In this document: positions 54,130 through 64,000 of the stretch, piece by piece
How positions within the stretch are numbered: position 1 is the stretch's first letter
Layout of the letters: each line of letters begins with the position of its first letter
NCBI GenBank assembly: GCA_951406725.2
Contig: OX597827.1
Coordinates: 60,760,001 to 60,824,000, forward strand
Reading direction: 5' to 3'
Length of the DNA: 64,000 nt
DNA from: Octopus vulgaris
Lineage: Eukaryota
Notes under the pieces: model-generated
The model's input: only the letters and a program-made list of their open reading frames with translations
Told to the model about the DNA's origin: nothing
Databases searched by the model: none
Position numbers and translations under genes: made by a program

Positions 54130-54312
54130 AGTATCAATATTTTGAATAATATCTTGGAAAGTCGGATGCGTTCGAAACATCCCAAACTGATCTTTCTGAT
54201 ACAAAAGAGAGTAGACCAAGTTTGGATTATGTAAGATTCCATTGGATAGACAGGAATTGATTATTTCCAACACCATTCGAATCACTTCTTCAAGAACTGC
54301 TAAGTCTTGTAC
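54130..54312 (-). CDS. DYM: Dymeclin exon
   Basis: [61 protein letters not shown]. Confidence 0.93.
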
Positions 54313-54677
54313 CTGAAATTATATAAATAATAAAAAGAAAAAAATTATATAAAAACATGTCTAAAATTTGTGTGTAAATATATATATATATAGCAATAAT
54401 AATTCTCTAAACGAGATATAGACAGTAACTGCTCCATCACATAAGGGACATTAGCCATTTGAATGTGGCTAGGGACAGGGCAGGGCGGTGGGGGTGTTAC
54501 TGATGCATTTAGCCCCAGGCGATCATCAACGTCACCAGATAGGCTGACACCATCAGAGGACACCGTGATGGTGTCAGCCTATCTGGTAACGTTGATGATC
54601 GCCTGGGGCTAAATGCATCAGTAACACCCCCACCACCCTGCCCTGTCCCTAGCCACATTCAAATGGCTAATGTCCCT

Positions 54678-55375
<698 letters not shown>

Positions 55376-55722
55376 TATGCATGTATATTTGTCCAGAATC
55401 ACGCTGGATTGGGGAGTAGGAGAGAAAATAGTAATTTAGTGAAGGAGAAGTAGTGAGAGTAATAGCTCTGACTGAGAGGGAGTGAGAGAAAGTAATAGCA
55501 TAGAGAGAAAGGAAGGGGGTGATGCATGAATAAGGAAGGAAGGGGGTGAAAAAAAAAATCACCGCTTCAACTCTGTGTGGGTATATGTGTGTATGTGCAT
55601 GCATGTACAAGGGAAGTATGTGAATGTTTGTATGTGTGATTATTATGTACCTTATTTATATATAAAATAAAATACTACAATTAGCCATCATTATTGATGG
55701 CATGTGGTCAGCTAATACTTAC

Positions 55723-55846
55723 ATAATCTACATCTGAATCTGAGTCAACACCATTTCCTTGTTCCATTTCAAGAGAACCATTCACTGCAGCACTTCGAAT
55801 ATGTTCAACCAATTTGCTGTGTTTCTTGCACAGTTGAGCAAACAAA
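55723..55846 (-). CDS. DYM: Dymeclin exon
   Basis: SLFAQLCKKHSKLVEHIRSAAVNGSLEMEQGNGVDSDSDVDY; phase 2 to 0. Confidence 0.9.
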
Positions 55847-56689
55847 CTGCAAAATATGAATGAAGGAACTTCTGACAGATTCAACATAAAACAATGACTT
55901 AAGACATTGGTAAGACTTCATTTGTGACAAAACCCAACAACAGGTTAACTGACAGGACATGAACCACCTGTCTGTTGCCAGGTAAGCAATATATTCAGGA
56001 TGCAAGCTGTACCTGTTGGTCCTGATAATGACTAACACCTGTAAATTAACAAATTAAATACGTACTAAATAACATTTATACTGTCATGGATACGGTATCA
56101 AAATACTAGAAAATGTTAATGAAGAAAATTATAAAACAGCAAAAATAAAACTTAATAAACAAAAGATTTTCTTTACATAACTTGTAGGAGTTTATTTTTC
56201 AAAACTCATCATCATCATCATCATCATCGTATAAAGTTCGCTTTCCATGCTAGCATGGGTTGGACAAATGACTGAGGTCTGGCGAACCAGATTTCAATCT
56301 GATGTGGCAGAGTTTCTACAGCTGGATGCCCTTCCTAACGCTAACCACTCTGAGAGTGTAGTGGGTGCTTTTACATGTCACCGGCATGAGGGCCAGTCAG
56401 GCAGTACTGGCAACGGCCACGCTCAAATGGTGCTTTTTATGCGCCACCTGCACAGGAGCCAGTCCAGTGACACTGGCAACAACATCGCTCGAATGTTTTT
56501 TCACATGCCACCAGCACAAGTGCCAGTAAGGCGATACAGGTAACGATCACGCTCGGATGGTGTTTTTGACATGCCACCGGCATGGAGGCCAGCTTGTTGC
56601 TCTGGCAACGATCATGCTTGTATGGTACTCTTAGCGCTCCACTAGCACGGATGTCACTCATCGAATTTGATTTCAAAAGGGAATCTTAC

Positions 56690-56784
56690 CTGACAATTCG
56701 CTGAGCAACATAAGGATGTAAGTTGTTGAAGTTAGAAGACATATTGGCTAACGCAGCAAGACAATTTGTGTGTAAGTATTTATC
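56690..56784 (-). CDS. DYM: Dymeclin exon
   Basis: [31 protein letters not shown]; ends in phase 2. Confidence 0.93.
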
Positions 56785-58070
56785 CTGCAATAGAAAATAG
56801 ACAAATGATAAACAGAAATGTCTCAATAAACAAATACATATGGTTTATCATTATTATTATTATTATTGCCCAAGGTGGCGAGCTGGCAGAATTGTTAGCT
56901 CCCTCCCCTAATATTTCAGGCCTTGAGCCTATGGTAGGAAGATTTCTTATTTCTTTATTGCCCATAAGGGGCTAAACATAGAGGGGACAAACAAGGACAG
57001 ACAAAGAGATTAAGTCGATTACACAGATCCCAGTACGTAACTGGTACTTAATTTATCAACCCCCAAAAGGATGAAAGGCAGAATTTGAACTCAGAACATA
57101 AAAACAGACAAAATACCGCTAAGCATTTCACCCGGTGTGCTAATGCTTCTGCCAGCTCTTTCCATAAAGCATTATGGAAGGATTATTATTGTTGTTGTTG
57201 TCAAGGCTAGTAGAATTGTTAGTATGCCAGGCAAAATGCTTGGCGGCATTTTGTCCATCTTCACATTCTCGGTTCAAATTCCACAGAGGTCAACTTTACC
57301 TTTCATCCTATCAGGGTTGATCCCTAGGGCTTATTTTAATTTTTTTTTTTAAAGTCTGTTACTTATTCTATTGGTCCCTTTTGCTGAAACACTAGGTTTA
57401 GAAGATGTAAACAAACCAATACCTGTTCTCAAGCAGTATGGTGGAGAGACAAACACAAAAAACACTCATATGAGCACGAGCGTGCATGCATGTCAGTGTG
57501 TGTGTGTGTGTGTGTATGTGTGTGTATTCTGCCAGCTGACTGCCTTAATAATCCTTTCTGCTAATAGCACAAGGCCTGAAATTTTAGGGGATGGGACCAG
57601 TTGATTACATCGACCCCAGTGTTTCACTGGTACTGAATTTATCAACCCCGAAAGGATGAAAGGCAAAGTCGACCTTGGCGGAATTTGAACTCGATACTCA
57701 GAACATGAAGACAGACAAAATACCGCTAAACAGTTTGCCCAGTGCACTAACAATTCTGCCAGCTCGCTGCCTTCGTAATCCTTTTTACTAAAGGTACAAA
57801 GCCTAAAATTTAGGGGAGGTGGGGAGGATAGTCAATTATATTGACCCCAGTGCATAGCTGGTACTTATTTCATCAAACCTGTTAAAATGAAAGGCTAAGC
57901 CGACCTCAATGGAATTTGAACTCAGAACATAGAGACGAACAAAATGCCACTAAGCATTTCACCCAACGTGCTAACAATTCTGCCAGCTCAGTGCCTTATT
58001 GATAATAAATAATAACAGAGACCAAAGAATGAACAAAATACATAAAAACAAAAAAAAACAAGATATTGTG

Positions 58071-58475
58071 GGATCTTTTCGGTTTGAACGGCAGTTTTTT
58101 CTAGCGGTGTCATATGAAATTGTCACCCATAATTATGACCCTAGTATCGATCAATTGCATTTAAATCTGTTTTAGGGTTAGGGTTAGGGGTGGAGGGAAG
58201 GGTATCTTTTTTTCTAAATAAACCCAATCTGTTTCTTAAACGAGGGACATATTCATACGGCACAGAATGTTTTTTACCTCAAAAGACGTCAGTGATTGGT
58301 TGAAATTGCAGAAATCGAAGAAAAAAAACAAATATCTTACAAGCTATAGAATTTTCTCAATAAAGCCAAGAGAAAAAGATGTTTTATAAAAAACATTCTA
58401 TCAGTATATGAAGTTAAAAATTTTTTAGTTACCTAGAAATTATGTTAAAAACTGCCGTTCAAACCGAAAAGATCC
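58071..58475. mobile_element. Non-autonomous DNA transposon with 8-bp TSD
   Basis: About 29-bp TIRs GGATCTTTTCGGTTTGAACGGCAGTTTTT; TSD ATATTGTG at 58063-58070 and 58476-58483. Confidence 0.9.
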
Positions 58476-58608
58476 ATATTGTGTGTCACATGAGAATTGG
58501 AAAACTCTTCATAGAAATTACAAACACCACAAATATGAATTATTTGATGGAATAAATGAAAGTAAAAGGTGGCCGAGTCCAGTAAAGAAAATGTGTGAAT
58601 GTACTTAC

Positions 58609-58722
58609 TCTCATCCGTGTCATATTGTATTGGATGGTTCGTATGACAACGAGAATGAGGAGACCTCCTAATGTGACTTCATTGATACTTCTTTCTTTGA
58701 ACCAAGGTACATGTTTTATTGT
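58609..58722 (-). CDS. DYM: Dymeclin exon
   Basis: [38 protein letters not shown]; 114 nt, AG/GT. Confidence 0.93.
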
Positions 58723-58750
58723 CTGTCAAAAAGAATTTGCAAAATCAAGT

Positions 58751-58979
58751 TTAACCCTTTAGCATTTAAACCGGCCATATCCGGCCAAAAGTATTCTGCC
58801 TGTTTTATGTTCAAACTGGCCAGATCTGGTCTCTCACACCAACCCTACAATATCGATTAAAAAATTAACAGCTACCTCATCAAAATCTCATAGCTACAAG
58901 ATAATGCCTGATTAGTTCAAAACAATGTGGATAAAGAAGCATTCATTTTGGCAGAATAATGTGAACACTAAAGGGTTAA
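58751..58979. mobile_element. TTAA-flanked MITE, second family (other copies near 13055, 17762, 46710, 49752, 53990)
   Basis: TTAA|CCCTTTAG...CTAAAGGG|TTAA. Confidence 0.75.
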
Positions 58980-59350
58980 GAAAACTCCTTTCAAGAATAA
59001 ACACCTACTTAAATTAAAGTAAAAAGTTAAGGAGCTTAAAAAATTTAATGGAATCATCGTACTGGCTGACAAAACTGGAAATTTATATAATGTAGATGTA
59101 GATTTATGCCACAAACTGTTACATTAAGAAATACTCAAAAAAAAAAAATACAAAATAATAAACAAAGATGTTCTCAGATCTATTAATCTTGAAGCTAAAG
59201 AAATAATGAAAGAATAAGGAATTGACGACATAACTGAGATTTATGAATCTGCTAGACCTAAAATTAGCCTTAAAGACCACAAAGAAAATTTTCAGATTGA
59301 TCCAAAAGTAAGACTTATTTGTCCTTGTAAATCAGACCTAGGAAAACTCA
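58980..59350 (+). mobile_element. Penelope-like (Naiad-like) RT N-terminal relic
   Basis: IIVLADKTGNLYNVD...INLEAKEI...ISLKDHKENFQIDPKVRLICPCKSDLGKL with in-frame stops. Confidence 0.8.
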
Positions 59351-59755
59351 GATCCAATCTCTCACACCTACCCTACAATGTCATTCTAAAAATATGCAAA
59401 CACACCACTGAAATTTTGAAGCTTCAAAATAACATGTGATTAATTCAAAACAATGGAACAAACTGCTGGCATCAGTTGTTAGTTGTCGGAGCACTGCATC
59501 ATTCAAAACTTCCATGCTTCCTGAGGTTCGCCAACACTACACCTGATTTTCTCCCCTCCACACACACGCAAACATGTATCTGACTCATACACTGTTCACT
59601 TCCCAGACATTTGTACATTACTGCATATGCTTTATACGCACCTGAGCACTGTATAAAATAATTTCATTATTATAAATAAGTAGTATATTTGACAAAGAAA
59701 TCTGAAATCTAAAGGTGTTAAGATAAAAACAGAACAAAAAGATGCAAATACTTAC

Positions 59756-59881
59756 AACATCATGAATTGCACGATTAAAGACATCATCCTCGCTTAGAAT
59801 CAATAAAATAATAAGTGCCATATAAATATGATGGGAGTTTTTGTCTTGTGCATGGTATAGGATTTGTAGAATAGGCATCAC
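59756..59881 (-). CDS. DYM: Dymeclin exon
   Basis: [42 protein letters not shown]; AG/GT boundaries, 126 nt. Confidence 0.93.
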
Positions 59882-60203
59882 CTAGAAAAGAGGGAAAAAA
59901 CTGGTAATACTACTTCGGTAATTCTGTAGATGGAAAAACTGTATCTTCAATTATTAATAGAAAACAAAGTAAAATATATAACAGGCGTAGGAGTGGCTGT
60001 GTGATATAGGTGCAGGAGCGGCTGTGTGGTAAGTAGCTTATAGGTGTAGGAGTGGCTGTGTGGTAAGTAGCTTGCTTACCAACCACATGGTTCCGGGTTC
60101 AGTCCCACTGAGTGGCACCTTGGGCAAGTGTCTTCTGCTTTAGCCTCGAGTCAACCAAAGCCTTGTGAGTGGATTTGGTAGATGGAAACTGAAAGAAGCC
60201 CGT

Positions 60204-60249
<46 letters not shown>

Positions 60250-61946
60250 GCATGTATGTGTGTGTATATGTTTGTGTGTCTGTGTTTTTCCCCCAACATC
60301 GCTTGACAACCGATGCTGGTGTGTTTATGTCCCCCGTAACTTAGCAGTTCAGCAAAAGAGACTGACACAATAAGTACCAGGTTTACAAAGAATAAGTCCT
60401 GGTGTCAATTTCTTCGACTAAAGGCGGTGCTCCAGCATGGCCGCAGTCAAATGACCGAAACAAGAGTAAAAGAGATAAGCAAATTGGGAGAGTTGTAACA
60501 AATATTACCTTACTTGGAAACAGGTGAGAGTTGGTGACAGGAAGGGCATCTAGCTGGAGAATACCTGCCTCAACAAATTCCATCTGACCCATGCAAGCAT
60601 GGAAAAGTGGATGTTAAAACAATGAGAATGATGATGATGATGTATATATTTTTCTTTTAACCTTTTACATTTAACCTTCTTATGACCATATTTCCGATGG
60701 AATATGTTCTCTATGTGTTTTATTTAATATTTTATTTCAAGAATTTGGAAGGAACTAATAAAACAACTCACTTTTTTTTTTTTGTTAAAATGAAAGGTTT
60801 TAATACATGAGGTCGTGAGTTTAATTCCCGGACTGTGTGTTGTGTTCTTGAGCAAGGCACTTTATTTCACATTGCTCCAGTTTACTCAGCTGTAGAAATG
60901 AGTTGTGATGTCACTGGTGCCAAGCTGTATCAGCCTTTGCCTCTCCGTTGGATAATATCAGTGGAGTGGAGAAGGGAGGCTGGTATGTATGGATGACTGC
61001 TTCTATAAACAACCTTGCCTAAACATGTACCTTGAAGGGGAACTTTTTAGGTGCAATCCCATGGTCATTCATGACTGGTAGTATCCAGACTTACCCAGGT
61101 TTATAGAATGGATTAGAAAAGATCATATAACCTTATGATTTAACCATGACAAGATGTGTCTGTATGCAAACTTTCAGCTATTTCCAAGTAAGGTAATGAT
61201 TTTTCTATCAACCAAATCCATTCACACAGCTTTGGTTGACCAAGAGCTTTATTAGAAGACACTCGCCCAAAGTGCCACACAGTGGGACTGAACCTAGAAC
61301 TGTGTGGTTGGGAAACAAGCTTCTTAACCACACAGCCACATCTGTGTCTATATGAGAATCTATTTCACTCAGGGCAATTTTTTTATATTTCGGGATGTTC
61401 ATTTTGTTTTCTTGCCAAATAAACACACATTATATATTCGTTCATCACTTGTTTATTATTGTTCTTATTTTATGTCCATTGTCTGAAAATATTTCATCAC
61501 ACACCTGTGACATCTTCAGCAACTCTCCATCCCACATCTCTCCTCCTGGTCTTTGTTATTTAGCAAGAAAAAAATGACCACCTTGAAATATAACAATATC
61601 TGTATCAACATACAATTTTTAGTCAGGAGGAAAGGGCCATGCATCGAGCCCTTTCAAGGCTTCCAAGACTGGTGTGAAAGTGGGAGGGAAGAAAAGTATG
61701 GCTGCATGGTAATAAGTTTGCTCCTTAGCCAAATGGTTCCAGCTTCTGTCCCACTGTGATATCTTGGGTAAGTTTCTTCTACAAAAGCCTTGGGCTGATC
61801 AAAGCATTGTGAGTAGATTTGGTAGATAGAAACTGAAAGAAGCCCATCATATATATATATATAAACAATTGCAGCGTGGAAGGTGTTTGTAAGCCATTTA
61901 AGAAACACACAAAAGCCGTTCGATTCACTTCAACATTTAAGTTTAA

Positions 61947-61996
61947 TTTGTCAAAATATTTTCATCGCTAAAATCCGCGACCTGTTCACTGACAAA
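61947..61996 (-). ncRNA. Hammerhead variant with G3:C8 core
   Basis: Reverse complement: tttgtca GTGAACA g gtcgc ggatttta gcgat GAAA atat TT tgacaaa; 7-bp stem I. Confidence 0.62.
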
Positions 61997-62923
61997 TCAA
62001 ACTTAAATGTTGAAGTGAATTGAACAGCTTTTGTGTGTTTCTTAAATGGCTTACAAACACCTTCCACACTGCAATTGTTTTCATTTCAGCACACGATCTC
62101 AGATCAAATCACTTGCTATGCGAGTACATCTCCATAATATATATATATATAAAAGTAGTTTTAGAGACAGAACCACCCTCAACTCAATCAACATTGAAAG
62201 ATATTATACCCGACCTTTTATACTTTTATATATATATGAATAAAATATTGAGAGAAGTTCACTTTAGTACCTTTAATTTGAATGTCTCATTCCTGTGGAC
62301 TCGGAATTAATTTTCCCTAATAATTATAATAATGTATCTATATCAATCTATCTATATCACCATCATCATTTAACATGTTTTCCATGCTGGCATGGGGGAT
62401 GTGTGTGCGTGTGTGTGTGTGGAGGTCCCTCACCCACTGCTTGACAACCATTAATGATGTGTTTATGTCCCTGTAACTTAACAGTTCAGCTAAAGGGACT
62501 GATAATATAGGTATTAGGCTTAAAAAAATAAGTACTGGAGTTGACTCAATCAACTAAAAATCTTCAAAGCATGGACACAATCTAAATGGCTGAAAGAAGT
62601 GAAAGATAAAAGATAAATAGATGTGGCTTGAACGCTTGCAACATAATCGACCCAAGGTGTTAGATGGAGGTATTAAACAGAGGTCATGGATTAGATCCAC
62701 CTCCCATGTAGAATAAAGGGGCCCACTTGGGAGGCAGACTTAATGGCAGGGATGGGGAGGCCAATATTTCATTTTATATACTCCAGAAGAATAAGACATG
62801 ATGCAGAGTTGATCTCAGCAGCATTTGAAGTCAAAATGTAAATGATTGAAACTTGATATAGTAAAATATTTTGTTTGCTACTCCAACAATTGACATCAAA
62901 GATTAGTTTTTGCAAATACTTAC

Positions 62924-63108
62924 TAATGAATCTATATTTGTTCTGGATAAGATGAAAGCTTTCATGTGTGAATTTCTGTGCAGTAAAAGATACAAAAGCA
63001 AAGTAGTTTGATCATCTCGAAGTGTTTCACAAAGTGTATTATACAATTTAGAGAAGTCTAGTTTGAAGGTTGCAACAGCTTCCGTTGGGACAGAACTCTC
63101 TGATTCAT
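62924..63108 (-). CDS. DYM: Dymeclin internal exon (first in window)
   Basis: DFSKLYNTLCETLRDDQTTLLLYLLLHRNSHMKAFILSRTNIDSL matches dymeclin; AG/GT boundaries. Confidence 0.92.
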
Positions 63109-64000
63109 CTGCAAACAGATAAGGGAAGGAAAACAAATAACATTTGACAAACAGCATTCAAAAATTATATTAAAAAATCAAAATGGGGTAAATAAAACAC
63201 ATTGAAGGTGAATGTGGTTATAGAATTTGTTCAGAATCCTTTGAAAATTAGAGAAATAGTAATTAGTTAAAGAGAGAGATATCAATAAACTGAAGTCAGA
63301 ATCAATAACTACTTGACATTTCTCGTGGTGTAGATAAAAGTCCTTTCATAAGTGGTGTTCATCCTTAACTAATGTGTTTACTCTTGCTCTTTGAATTCAC
63401 CAGCTTTGAACTGACTGCATGTGTTTGAGTTTGGATAAGAATATATATTTGTTATTAGTGATGGAAGAAATATTAGTTCAAAATAGCATTCCGGATATCA
63501 TACTAAAAGCAGATATACTGGTGAAAGCCGGGAAAATGCAGTATTTGTCTCAGGAAAGTATCTTGTATAGACAGATATATTTCTGTGTCTTTTAACACGA
63601 TTATTCTATATGAGATGCTTTTTCAAGATGAATACTACCATTTCCAGGTTTTCAACAGTATATCTGCATTAAGCATGATATACTGAATGCTATGAGAATA
63701 TACTCTTTTACTTGTTTCGGTCATTTGACGGTGGCCATGCTGGAGCACAGCCTTTAAAACAAGAAAACTAATGGGCTCGTCTGGGATATATTTATTAATA
63801 TTACACGGCATATATATATGAGAAGAAAAAGAAAATGGAGATTAGGAAGTTAATAAATGTTTATTATTAACAGCAAAATAACCAGCATTCCTTACAATTA
63901 TTTCAATTAATACCCAGTAAATATTAAATTTATATTTATATGACTTCAGCATAATATCTTCAGAGGGGAAGAAAATTACCCTTGGATGTTTCATATGTGT

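Noticed and set aside
56013-56038. Possible DYM micro-exon (AG...CAG|GTAC) and ORF 55805-56038
   Set aside because: 26 nt would frameshift; the flanking exons already join in frame to give the conserved dymeclin sequence.
63980-64000. Possible upstream DYM exon end (AAGG|GTAATT)
   Set aside because: The peptide does not resemble dymeclin; the region looks repeat-like and is cut by the window edge.

Overview
This is repeat-rich, AT-rich metazoan DNA. The SINE families and the (TA)/(TACA)/(GAT)/(TAA) microsatellite load suggest an octopus/coleoid cephalopod genome (inference). Two spliced genes lie on the minus strand: (1) the last 8 coding exons of dymeclin (DYM; 63108->51666; the 5' part is outside the window) and (2) a complete 8-exon DEG/ENaC (ASIC-like) channel gene (42721->14736, 493 aa), with HG and GAS motifs and one GC-AG intron. 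The rest is tRNA-derived SINEs, RTE and R4/Dong-like LINE fragments, Tc1/mariner relics, TTAA and 8-bp-TSD MITEs, and decayed Penelope-like retroelement (PLE) ORFs. The main unexplained structure is a set of about 10 long, sequence-unrelated inverted repeats bounded by (TA)n. Most carry minimal type I hammerhead-ribozyme motifs pointing outward. Several fold-back junctions fall in or at the ribozyme, and one family has a G3:C8-swapped core. I interpret these as palindromic, ribozyme-bearing non-autonomous PLE insertions. Several ribozymes lie in sense orientation inside the host pre-mRNAs. All calls were read by eye; ribozyme activity is untested.
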